NCBI RefSeq assembly: GCF_009914755.1
Contig: NC_060928.1
DNA from: the human T2T-CHM13v2.0 reference genome, Homo sapiens
DNA: 64,000 nt
Strand: one strand, 5' to 3'
The notes below the pieces were generated by a model. That model searched no databases. It had not been told where the DNA came from and saw nothing but the letters and a program-made list of their open reading frames with translations. Position 1 is the first letter of the stretch. Each line of letters opens with the position of its first letter. A program made the translations under genes and the position numbers. This document shows, one piece after another, positions 11,541-24,130 of this stretch.

Positions 11541-14323
11541 CTGCTAGTATTGCACTTGCCATTATTATTATCAGCAGTTGTTATTGCTGCATTGCAGAAA
11601 TGGACTCTAGTTTATTTTCTGAACTTTTTGATTGTTGTTACTTTGTGATCATATTGATACTCAAATTCAACTATTAATTACGAACTATTAGTGCAGTTTA
11701 AGAGTTTCAGCCTTGTTTTAAAATCACATTTTTCCTATAGTCATTTTAGCCTTTGACGAAGATTTATTCTTCTTTTAAAATGAAGTCATGTTAACTAATT
11801 AATTACTGTAACTCTTTAGGTGATTCTGTAAATAGTTTTAATATTTTGGATAATTGTCATTAGTAATAATTTCTGCAGTTTTTCTTACAAAAGCAGTAAT
11901 CATCTCTTGCATTTTTATGTTAACCTTAAAAAACTATGACAACCTGAAGTTTCTAAAGATGAATTCTCCTAAAGGTGAATCTAAATATTAAAATTCAATG
12001 GCATTTAGTGTGTTTCATACATACTATATTATTTGGTAGAGCTAACTTCCTTATGACCCAAAGTAATTTTGAGTTATAGCGTATGTAGGTAGGTAGATGC
12101 AATCTGATTTTCACAAATGAATAATTAGATTTGAAATTTAGTTCAGTTATTTTTCACAGCTACACAGCTTAAAAGCAGCAGAGAGAGATCTCAAGCCCAG
12201 GCCTCATTGTTCCAAATCCAGTACTGTTTTTAAAGCCACAAAGAGACTTTGACCTATAAGGTCTGGGAGTCAGCTTCAGGAGGATGTCGAGTTAAATCCA
12301 TAAGTAGCATTTGAGATTATGTGGTTCCCAAGATGTCCTAAAGGAATTATCTGCCATTCTCACTCAAAGGCTTCATTTGACAGTACTTCCATCAGGAAAC
12401 ACTACGCTTTCCTGCTAAAACTGCCTATGGCTTTGGAATGCAGTACTATGGTTGTCACCACAAGCTCCAACTAAATGCTCAGTGGGATTATTGGCTCAGT
12501 GAGAGCCTAGCTTGGATCCTGACCTTACCTACTAAATGCACAAGATATTAAAACTGGAATCAACTTAATTCTCCCATTCAGCCAACAAGTATTTCCTGAG
12601 CTCCTAGTATACAAATTGATGCATAAGTTATAAAATCTAGTGAGTAAATAAGTAATTACAAGTTGTGTTAATCATAAATATGAAAGGTCAGTGGAGGGAG
12701 CAGGTTGTTGATATAGACTATGAATTGGAGGTGGAAAGGAAGCAGGGTGGTCTGAGAAGGGCTCTCAGTCTCCTTGCTTTACCGATTAGAAAACTGAAAT
12801 CCTGACACATGAATTGCTGGTGAAGATCCCTTAGGTAAGTGACAGATGGACCAACACCAGAACCTATGTCCCTTCACTCCAACACTCAGGATTTTTACTT
12901 GATGTTTTGGAAATTAGTATTTTCAGATAGTCTAGTTGGTTTTAAAACTCAGCAACTATTTTTCTCAGATATATGTAGCACTATAAACATGTATATTAAA
13001 AAGAGAAAAGTAAACCTTTTCCCTGAGGAAAAGGCATTAAAAGTAAGTAAAATACTTAAGAATGCCATACTAAAGTGTATTTTTGTACCGTATTCATGTA
13101 TATATTTCTTTTTCTATCTATCTATTATTTATCACCTATCTATCCATCTATCTACATCTAGTTAGATAGATCAATGATAGATCAATAAATATATATAAAC
13201 TATCTAGGATCTAACCCATTTAACCAGAGCCTGTTACTAAAGTTCTGCCTGGCATCAGGGATGTACTCAAGTTGGAAATCACAGGCTATACCTAAGACAT
13301 CTGAATTGTGACCTTCACGGAAAACAGCCCTGGGAAAGAGTGGTCAGTATTAGAGGTTTTCAGAGACTGTGTCTTTTATTGACACCAACAATGGCACGTA
13401 TTGGCCCCCAGTAGGACTGTGAGTGAAATCTTACCTCTGACACTTGCAGACATTACCAACTGATGATGCACAGCAGTCCTGTATCAAAGGCTACTCACAT
13501 AAAATGAGAATTATTAAGAGAGTGAAGCTAATTTCACAACCAAGGTACACAGTGTAACAGAGAATTTAGTCACATTCGGTTATAGGCGGTAAAATGTTGA
13601 TGTGGGGAGCCCAGAAGGGAAAATTCAACACGTTGAGTCACACAGCAGAGCTGGTCTATGAACTGGATTCTGAAATTTACAGTTGATAAGTATAGAATTT
13701 TGGTCTCACTATTTCAGTCTTCCATACCATAGACCTCTCATCCATGGGACTGAAGCAAGCAATGGTGTGCATTCAAATGGAAGGCTCTTGTGGCTGATTC
13801 CTGGGGTCTTTGAGGACTAAGTATCCATAGGGAGGTGGCTGCCCTGCATTGTGAAGTGTCCTTGAGGCATGTGGCAGAGTCTGCAGCAAGGAGCCCCAGA
13901 GTTAAGCAGAGCCTCCTTTTCCGATGTTACAGTATGAAGCCAGTCATTGCCTAACTTTCAACCCCAATAACTCCTTTTTATTGATTTTTTTCTATAAACA
14001 TTAAGATTAGAGTATTTGCCACATTGTTCTTATCATGTGCAAATAATTAGCTGTCACATCGTTATTATTCAGGTATATAAAATCACAATTAAGAACTTCT
14101 GATTATTCAAAGATAACTAGTGGCATCACATTGAGCTGTCATCATTTTAGCCAAAGCAAGACAAAAGACAGCAAAACTCATTATTTTACTTAACCTGTGA
14201 GGTTTTACCTAAGACAAGCTTTGGCTTTTTTGAAATGTTGAATTCAGCCCTTCATTGATAATAGGGACCTCTCTGACTAGAAATCACTGGGTTAAGTTTT
14301 GAGGGTTTGTCTGACTAACTCAC

Positions 14324-14442
14324 TTTTTCTTTTCTTTCCTCTCTTTTCTTTCTTTCCTTTCCTTTCCCTTCCCTTCCCTTCCCTTCCCTTCCCTTCCCTT
14401 GCCTTCCCTTCCCTTTCCTTGCCTTCCCTTCCCTTCCCCTTC
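14324..14442. repeat. Polypyrimidine (TTCCC)n simple repeat
   Basis: Direct reading: ccctt units with a few gcctt variants. Confidence 0.95.
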
Positions 14443-14576
14443 TAACCCTGGAAAGTGAACATGGATATATTTAATATAGTTTTATTTGCTTAATACATAT
14501 ATTACATATAACCTCACTGTAGAAATCAGGGTATGGGTAGAAAACAGAATTCCCCTCAGATTGGTCAAGTAATTCT

Positions 14577-16593
14577 TTTATTTTTAGTGACTTATAATAA
14601 TTGTATATCTTTGTGAGATACCAAGTGATATTTTGAGATATATATATACACTATGTAATAATCAAATCAGAATAATTAGTATATCAATCACCTCAAACAT
14701 TTATTATTTCTTTGTGTTATAAATATTTGCAATCCTCTTTTCTAGCTTTTTGAAAATATACACTAAATTATTAACTATATTTACCCTACAGTGCTACAAA
14801 ACACTAGAACTTATTCCTCCCATGTAGTTATAGCTTTGTTTCTGCCAACTAGCCTCTCCCAATCCTCCACTGCTTCCTACCCTTACCAGCTTCTAATAAC
14901 CAAAATTATACTCTGTACTTCCTTGAGCTTAATTTTTTAGCCCCCGTATGAGTGAGAACATGCAATATTTATATTTCTATGCTTAACCTATTTTACTTAA
15001 CATAATGTTCTCCAGGCTCATCCATGTTGCCAAGAATGACAGAATTTTATTCTTTTTTATGACTGAGTAGTAATCCATTGTGTAGATATGCCACATTTCC
15101 TTTATCCATTTGTATTAGTCTATTCTCAGATTGCTATAAAGAAATACCTGAGACTGGCTATAAATAAAAGAAAGTTGTATTAAGTTTCTTTATAAAGTTT
15201 TATAAGGTAAAGAAGTTTAATTGGTTCATTGTTCCTCAGGCTATACAGGAAGCATGATTGGGGAGGCCTCAGGAAACTTATAGTCATGATGGAAGGTGAA
15301 GGGGAAGCAGGCACATCCTACACAGCTGGAGCAGGAGGAAGAGAGAAAATGGGGAGGCGCTACCCACTTTTAAACAAACAGATCTCCTAAGAACTCACTA
15401 TCACAAGAACAGCAGGAGGAACTTCTGCCTTCATGATCCAGTCACCTCCCACCAGGCTCCTCATCCAACATTGGGGATTAAAATTCAACATGATGTATAG
15501 GCAGGGACAAATATCCAGACTATATCACCATTTATCCGTTGAGGGACATTTAGATTGATGCTATGTCAGGACTATTGTGAATAGTGCTACAATAAGCATG
15601 AGGGTGCAAGTATCTCTTCAATACACTTTTCTCTTTTCCTTTGGATAAATACCCAGTAGTGGGATTGTTAGATCATATGGTAGTTCTGTTTTTTAGTTTT
15701 TTGAGATATCTCTATACTGTTTTCCATAATGGTTGTCTAATTTACATTTTCACTAACAGTGTCTAAAAATTCGCTTTTCTCTGCATTCTTACTAGTATTT
15801 ATTATTTTTTGTCTTCTTGACAAGAGCTATTCTAACTGATATGAGATGATATCTTATTGTGGCCTTTATTTGCATTTCCCTGATTGGTGATGTTGAACAT
15901 TTTTAATATACTTGTTTATTTGTATGTCTTCTTTTGAGAAATGTCTATTCTGATCCTTTGCCCAATTTTTATTAGATTATTTGTTTGTTTGGTTGGTTTT
16001 TTTCTATTGAATTGTCTGAGTTTCTTTGCATATGTTGGATATTAGCCCCTTATCAGATGAATAGTTTGCAAATGATTCTACAGGTTATTTCTTCACCTGT
16101 TCATTGTTTTCTTCATTATTAAAAAGCTTTGCAGTTTCATATGTCATATTTGTCTATTTTTGTTTTTGTTGCCTGTACTTTTGAAGTCTCAGCCATAAAA
16201 TTTTTGCCTCAGCCAATGTCCTAAAGCATTTCCTTATGTTTTCTTTTAATAGTTTTAGAGTTTTTGGGTCTTATGTTTAAGTTTTTAATCTATTTTTAGT
16301 TGATCTTCATATATGGTGAGAGATAGAGGTCTAGTTTCATTCTTCTGCATATGGATATCCAGTTTACCTAGCATGATAGGGTGAAGAAGGTGGTTTTTCC
16401 CCAATGTATGTTCTTGGTCTCTGTTGAAGACCAGTTGGCTCTAAACATGTAAATTTATTTCTGGGTCCTCTATTCTGTTTCACTGGTCTATGTGCCTATT
16501 TTTATAACAATATCATGCTGTTTTGATTACTATAGCTTTGTAGTATATTTTGAAGTCAGGTATTACAATGTCTCCAGCTTTGATTTTTTTTTT
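14577..16593 (-). mobile_element. L1MA (MA3-5-like) 3' ~1.6 kb, interrupted by an MST LTR
   Basis: L1MA 3' UTR (taatcaaatcagaataattagtatatcaatcacctcaaacatt) followed by reverse-strand ORF2 C-terminal sequence. Confidence 0.85.
15111..15527 (-). mobile_element. MST (MSTA-like) MaLR solo LTR
   Basis: TG...CA termini; perfect 5-bp TSD CCATT (15106-15110, 15528-15532). Confidence 0.92.
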
Positions 16594-16868
16594 CCAGGAA
16601 AAGACATCTTAACAAGGGGAAAATTTATAGAGGTATAGGCATGGTTAGTGGAACCAGCAAGGGATGATGAGGGACCCAGAGACTAACAAGAGTAGGAAGC
16701 CATTGTAACTCCTAGGAATGCAGATATCGAAAGGAGAAATAATTTCATGGAGGCCTGTAACATTTGAAGCCATAGAGAAGGACTTTTTGCTTGAGATTTA
16801 ATCCTAAAAAAGTACTGAGCTGAAAGAAATGCAGTACTAAAGCAAGACACAAGTAAAGAAAGGAATCC

Positions 16869-19800
16869 TTTTTGATGTGCACTGGATTCAGTTTGCCAAT
16901 ATTTTATTGAGGATTTTTGCAGTGATGTTCATCAGGGAGAGTGGCCTGAAGTTTTCTTTTTTTGTTGGATCTTTGCCAGGTTTTGGTATCAGGATGAAGC
17001 TGGCTTAATAAAATGAGTTAAGGAGGAGTCTCTGCTTTTCAATTGTTTGGGAGAGTTTCAGAAGAAATGGTATCAGCTTCTCTTTGTACCTCTGGTAGGA
17101 TTCAGCTGTAAATCAATCTAGTCCTGGGCTTTTTTTTGGTTGATAGGCTATTTATTACTATCTTAAGTTTAGAATGTGTTATTGGCCTATTCAGAGATTC
17201 ATCTTCTTCCTGGTTCAGTCTTGGGAGGGTGTGTGTGTCCAGGAATTTATCCATTTTGTCTAGATTTTCTAGTTTATTTGTATAGAGGTATTTATAGTAT
17301 TCTCTGATGGTTGTTTGTATTTCTGTGGGGTGAGTGGTGGTATCCCCTTTATCATTTCTGATTGTGTTTATTTGAATCTTCTCTCTTTTCTTCCTTATTA
17401 GTCTAGCTAGAAGTCTATTTTATTGATTTTTTTTTAAACAGCTCCTGGATTCATTGATTTTTTGAAGGGTTTTTGTGTCTCTATGCCCTTCACTTCCACT
17501 CTGAGCTTGGTTATTTCTTGTCTTCTGCTAGCTCTGAAGGTTGTTTGCTCTTGGTTCTCTAATTCTTTTACTTGTGATGTTAGGATGTTGACTTGAGATC
17601 TTTCTCGATTTTTGATGTGGGGATTGTTGGCTTCATCTCTGGGATACAAGGCTGATTCTACATATGCAAATCAATAAATGTAATTCATCACATAAAGAGA
17701 ACTAAAGGCAAAAATCATATGATTGTCTCCATAGATGCAGAAAAGGCCTTTAATAAAATCCAAAATCATTTCATGTTAAAAAGTCTCAATAAATGGGTAT
17801 TGATGGAACATACTTAAAAATAATAAGAGCCATTTATGACAAAACCGCAGCCAATATCATACTGAATGGGCAAAAGCTGGAAGAACTCCCCTTGAAAACT
17901 GGCACAAGACAAGGATGCCCTCTCTCACCACTCTTATTCAACATAGAAGTTCTGGCTAGGGCAATTAGACAAAAGAAAAAAATAAAGCATATTCAAATAT
18001 GAAGAGAGGTAGTCAACTGTCTCTGCTTGCAGATGACATTATCCAATATATATAGAAAACCCCACTGACTCAGTTCAAAAGCTTCTTAAGCTGATAGTCG
18101 ACTTCAGCAGACTCAGGATACAAAATCAATGTGTAGAAATCACAAGCATTCCTATACAGCAACAACAGACAAGTAAAAAGCCAACTCATGAATGAACTCC
18201 CATTCACACTTGCCACAAAGAGAATAAAATACCTAGGAATACAGCTAATAAGGGAAGTGAAGGACCTCTTCAAGGGAAACTACAAACCACTGCTCAAAGA
18301 AATCACAGAGGACACAAACAGATGGAAAAATATTCCATGTTCACGATAGGAAGAATCAATATCATGAAAATGGCCATACTGCCCAAAGTAATTTATAGAT
18401 TCAGTGCTATTCCCATTAAACTACCATTGACATTCTCCACAGAATTAGAAAAAAACCATTTTAAAAGTTATATGGAGCCAAAAAAGAGCTTGTGTAGCCA
18501 GGACAATCCTAAGCAAAAAGAAAAAAGTTGGAGGCATCATATTACCCAATGTCAAACTATACTACAAGGCTACAGTAATCCAAAACAGCATGGTACTGGT
18601 ACAAAAACAGGCATATAGACCAGTGGAACCGAATAGAGAACTCAGAAATAAAACTGCACATCTACAACCATCTGATCTTCAACAAACCTGACAAAAACAA
18701 GCAATAGGGAAAGAATTTCTTATTTAATAAATAGTGCCGGAGAACTGGCTAGCCAATTGAAACTAGACCCCTTCCTTAAACTTTGTACAAAAATTAACTC
18801 AAGATAAAGACTTAAATGAAAATGCAAAACCATAAAAGCTGTAGAAGAAAGTCTAGCAATACCATTCAGGACATAGCCACGGGCAAAGATTTTATGACGA
18901 AGTCACCAAAAGCAATTGCAACAAAAGCAAAAATTAGAGCTTCTGCACAGCAAAAGAAACTATCATCAGAGCCAACAGACAACCTACAGAATGGGAGAAA
19001 ATTTTTTCAATCTATCCAGCTGACAAAAGTCTAATATCCAGAATCTACAAGGAACTTAAGCAAATTTACAAGAAAGAAAGTAAACAATCCCATTAAAAAG
19101 TGGGCAAATGACATGAGCAGACACTTCTCAAAAAAAGACATATATGTGGCCAACAAACATGAAAAAAAGCTCAACATCACTGATCACTAGAGAAATGTAA
19201 ATAAAAACCACAATGAGATACCATCTCACACCAGTCAGAATGGTGATTATTAAAAAGTCAAGAAACAACAGATGGTGATGAGGTTTCAGAGAAATAGGAG
19301 CACTGTTACACTGTGGGTGGGAACACATTTACAATTTGGATGTCAACCATTGTGGAAGACAGTGTGGAAATTCCTCAAAGATTTAGAACCATAAATACCA
19401 TTTGACCCAGCAATCCCATTACTAGGGACATGCCCAGAGGAATATAAATCATTCTATTATAAACATACATGCACATGTATATTCATTGCAGCACTATTCA
19501 CAATAGCACAGACATGAAATCAACCCAAATGCCCATCAATGATAGGCTGGATAAAGAAAATGTGGTACATATATACATGAAATACTATGCATTAAAAGGA
19601 ATGAGATCATGTCATTTGCCGGGACATAGATGAAGCTAGAAGCCGTTATTCTCAGCAAACTAACACAGGAACAGAAAACCAAACAACACCACATGTTCTC
19701 ATTTATAAGTGGGAGCCTAACAGTGAGAACACGTGGACAGAGGGAGGGAAACAACACACACTGGGGCCTGTTAGAGGAGGGCAGTGGAGGGAGGGCATCA

Positions 19801-19962
19801 GGAAAAATAACTAATGCATGCTGGGCTTAATACCTAGGTGAGGGGTTGATAGGTGCAGCAAACCACTGTGGCACAAGTTTACGTATCTAACAAGCCTGCA
19901 TGTCCTGCACATAAGCCCTGTAACTTAAAATAAAATAAAATAAAATAAATGTTAAAAAAAAA
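16869..19962 (+). mobile_element. L1PA (PA8-PA13 era), 5'-truncated with 5' inversion
   Basis: Reverse ORF2 at 16869-~17622; forward ORF2, 3' UTR and A-rich tail at ~17626-19962; ORF2 peptides in the ORF track. Confidence 0.92.
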
Positions 19963-22549
19963 GAGTCCTGACCCTTTCTCCTCCAGACCTCCAATCTCTT
20001 GAAGATGACCACTCTGATGGAAACCGACTGTCAAGGAAATCCACTGATTCAGTTCATATAGAGCATCCTCCTAGGGTACACACAGGAGGAAAATGGTCAC
20101 AAATGAATGGGGTCAGAGATTGTGAGGCAAATACAGAATAACCAGCAGATTTACTACTCTTCTGGGTAACTTAAAGGTTGTAGCATTTTGCAAAAAATGT
20201 TTGGTTTTTCTATAACTTCATTTATAGAAATGTCATGGAAAATACTAAACGTACACAAAAATTTAGTTCCTGACTTAGCCATGGGTAATAAAATCAACCC
20301 GACCTTGAGGTCTGTGCAATAATGAATGCATTACTGTGTTGCCTTTAGAATCAGTGCAGAAATATTTTCCTCTATTAGCAGTTTCACTAGAATCAGATCA
20401 TATATTTTGTTTCCTAGAATAGTAAGAATTACTTATACTGCATTTGTTTTCAGAGGAAAATAGCAGATTGATTACCAAAGATGTTTTCATAAAGGATATT
20501 ATTGCAAGACTTGTATTCCTATTCCTTGAAAATATGAGAGATGAAATTATATGTAAGTAATCATGTCATTTACATTCTAATATCTATTCAGTATGCTCTG
20601 TAAGAAATGAGAGACAATTTTCATAATCCTCACTCAGTGGCCAGCTTCATTTCTGTCCATTCAATGTTCTTTAGTGTCTGATACATGACGCGTATTATAG
20701 GCAATAATCCAAGAGCTAAAACATGTTTCTTCATTTTTATAGAGTAAAATTATATTATTCTGGTCAATTCCTGTTAGTCCACATAAAATATGTATATTAT
20801 CTTCAGTTTCCCCTTCAATTTGCTTGATTCCACTCAACTTTAAAGGCACCTAGACAATGTAAATAACAGAGCTTTCTAATTCTATAAGGAGTCAAATCTG
20901 AACTTAATAGTAATTGGGCTTAAGAACAAAGATTTCTTCTTTAAATTCAAGATAGCATGAATGACTTCTTTTAGTTTTCACTTTACTGTCAAAGTTTGGT
21001 ACTGGTGGAGTGGGGGTCACTAGGTGGCTGGTAAGGCAAAGCACTTAGGAAAAAAGACCCAAGGGCACAAATAATTTCTTGGTTAAATTATACTTGGTTA
21101 TATTTTCATCTTTATGTGTTCTCTAAGTATTTCCATAAAAATACGAAAGAACAAGAACTTTATGCACTCACTAACCATAGCTCTGTTGGGTTCTCTAGCA
21201 GGTTCTCCAGTGAGACTGGGAAATATTCTTACCATATTTATGTCTAGTGATTAGCTCAATCTTACCAATCACCTAGCTTTTCATCTAACTATACTCTAGC
21301 TTGAAGGCATTATATCATAATAATGCATAATTATTTGACACTTTCTTTGCTACATGTTTAATTTTCAAGGTTAAAGAAAAGCAATGTGGCTTTATCTTAA
21401 GAGGCAAAATCATCAGCTTTATTAATTAATTTAGTTTGTTAATTACTCCTCCTGTGACAAGTTACCTAATCTTGGTATGTCTCTTAGAATTCTGTGTTGT
21501 AAGAATTAAACAAGGCAGCATGTGTTACTTACCTAGCACAGTGACTGGTGCCAAATGGGGGCCTGATTAGTATTATTACCCATATTATTTTTCTTGTTCA
21601 CTGAATGTAATAGTCAGTAGAACAGTAATCTGGAAGCACTACTTTAATGCATGTGTATATAAGAAGCCACTAGGAATAATAATCAGTAAGAGCTTGAATC
21701 TAGAATTTACTCAGAGGTAGCTCATCAGAGACTGGCAGGAGAAGCAGGTAAACCAGAACTTCATAGTGTCCAGAAAGAGAAAATTCCTGGCTAAGGGGTC
21801 TAATCATAAAGCAGTAGCGCTATAAGTGGGAGGCAGTATAATTTGTCCTGGAAGCAAGACTGATATGTGTGGATGGAGATAGATGTTCCTAGGTGAGAAG
21901 ATTCAGGAGGTACAAAAATGGAACTTCTTTACTTCTGTATATTTGATTACAGATTTATAAATATTCTTGTCTCCATTAATTCTCACTCCCTAACCGTGAC
22001 AGAGTTATTTTATAGAATCCAAGAATATTGACTTACAAATGCACTGTTATTGCAACTGGAGATCAGCTAAAGGCCTTTAATAAAGGACCTTCTGTGGTGT
22101 GGAAGCCTCCTAAGTCCTTGTTATTTTCCAACACTAATTTCTCTATAACAATAGTGAATATTCATTATTGTATGCATTTATTCAACAAATGTTTATTGAA
22201 GAGCTACTAAATGCTAGGTTCAGCATTAGGTTCTGGAGATACAGATGTTCAGATAGCACAGTCTCTTTCCTCAAACTCCATAATTCAATAGGGAAGACAA
22301 ATGATTACAACAAAACTGATGATAATATACTGCCTAATAGCATCTATCTAATTCTGTATATGCACATAATAACTACAGTTCATTTAGCATTTGCTCTTTG
22401 TTGGCTATTCATAACTCCTAAGCCTCACAAGTGCTGTGCCTATTTTGCAATTTGGGAAAATGAGACAAGGAAAAGCTAAGTGACTTATCCAAGTTCATAT
22501 AGTTACAAAAAGTTTAAGCCCAGATTTGAATTTGACCCTTTCATGGTTG

Positions 22550-24130
22550 AATCCAACAGTGATGAATTTTTTCTGGGATGATGGGAATTAAAGCACTGTA
22601 GGAGAGAAGACTAATAATTTTGGATTTGAAAGATAGTTAGGTAGTTTTCAGGTCAATGAGAAGTGTAAGCACAGTCCAACAGAAGAAATAGTATTTTCAT
22701 GAGAACATGAGACAGCAAGGTGTATCCAAAATATTAAGGGGTTCATATTGCTGGATTTAAGTTCAGAGAAGAAATTGACAAAAGGTGAGACCATGGATAT
22801 GGTCTCGTTAGGCAGAATTAGGAAATTGAAGAGCTGTATATGCTGTTTTTATCATCTTAAAATGAGGCGTTTGTGAAAAAGGGTTTATTTCCATCAGTGG
22901 CAAATGTAGGCTGTATTTTGCCTAAGTAGTGTCTTTCTTTGCCAGTCTAGACTCTAGACTAGTGAGGCAAAGACTGGAAGGCTAATGAAAAGGCAGTTCA
23001 GGAATAAGATTACAGGGATTTGAACTAGCATAGGGTCAGGTGAAAAGGAGAAAATGGATCTCAGTTGTTAGCTAGGTAGAATGCTCTGGATTTCATGTAT
23101 CCCATAGTTGGGAATGGGGAAAGTGGGGAAAATGCATCATTGATACAATCTAGAAGAAGGGATTTAGAATGACTCACATTGCAGATTTGAGAGACAAGTT
23201 GTCCTCAACCAAAAATTGGGAATAAACAAGGAAGAACAGCAGACTTACAATTTTTTGGGAAGGGGGAATGAAGGGGAGGTAAAGGGAATAAGACTTTAGT
23301 TTTAGACATGTTTTGGAGATCTTTGTCAGATATATAGGTGCAATGTATAGTAATGTATTTAAGCTAAAGTTCACTACAGAGATCTGCTAGAGTGTTATAT
23401 TTGGCAATCGCTAGTGTTTGAAAAATTTTCTTTATATTTAGAAATAATGAATGCAAGTGTTTGAGTCTATCCTATGTGCCAGGCATGGTGTTAAACATTT
23501 TGTGTGCCTATTCATGTCCCATCTTCAGGGAGGTCTGTTTTTTCCTTTTCTCATTCCACGTTTAAGAAAACTTCTATCATGCAGCTACAGGTGAAATTTA
23601 AATACTTAAGAATGTATGTGCTTGGGTAAAGAGAGAGAGCTTTGTGAAAGGAAAAAAGATAAAGAACCCCAGGGAACACTTAGGGTCAAGCAAAAGAGAC
23701 TAAGATGCAGTGATGAGAGAGAAGAAAAACCAGGAGATCAGGTGTTGGGTAAGCAACGTTGGGGGAGAGACTGCTCATGATGTAATAACATCAAATACTA
23801 CAGAAAGTCTAAGTAATATAAGTGCTATTTTCACTTGGCAATTGGCAGGTGAGTGGGGGCTCCCACTAACATCGCGGGGGCAGACATTAGATTGCAGTGT
23901 ATTAAGGAGTGAAAGTAAGTCAAGACAGTATACTGAACGTGTTTTAAGAATTTTGGTTGAGAAAAAGAGAGAATGAGAAGTGACAATGGGGTTCTAAGGC
24001 CAAGGAAGAGGTTTCTAAGTGTTGACAGGATTGAGCTTGTGTGTAGGGTCTAAGAGACCAAATGCAGTTATTGAAGATAGTTGAAGAAGTCATGCTGGAG
24101 GGAAATGAGAAGGTGGAGGACTGCAGAGAT
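22550..24130 (-). mobile_element. Degenerate L2 fragments
   Basis: Purine-rich L2-like tracts such as ttagttttagacatgttttggagatctttgtcagatatataggtg; boundaries approximate. Confidence 0.45.

Larger units (their letters stand above)
14518..20149 (-). mobile_element. LTR33/LTR41-like ERVL solo LTR in three pieces (~14518-14576, ~16595-16868, ~19963-20149)
   Basis: tgtagaaatcagggt...gaaaacaga start; ggaaccagcaagggatgatgagggacccagagactaacaagagtaggaagcc middle; gaggcaaatacagaataaccagca end. Confidence 0.6.

Noticed and set aside
12240-13960. GC-richer unassigned tracts (also ~21700-21900 and ~25850-26060)
   Set aside because: Probably old LTR relics, but I cannot assign a family or termini
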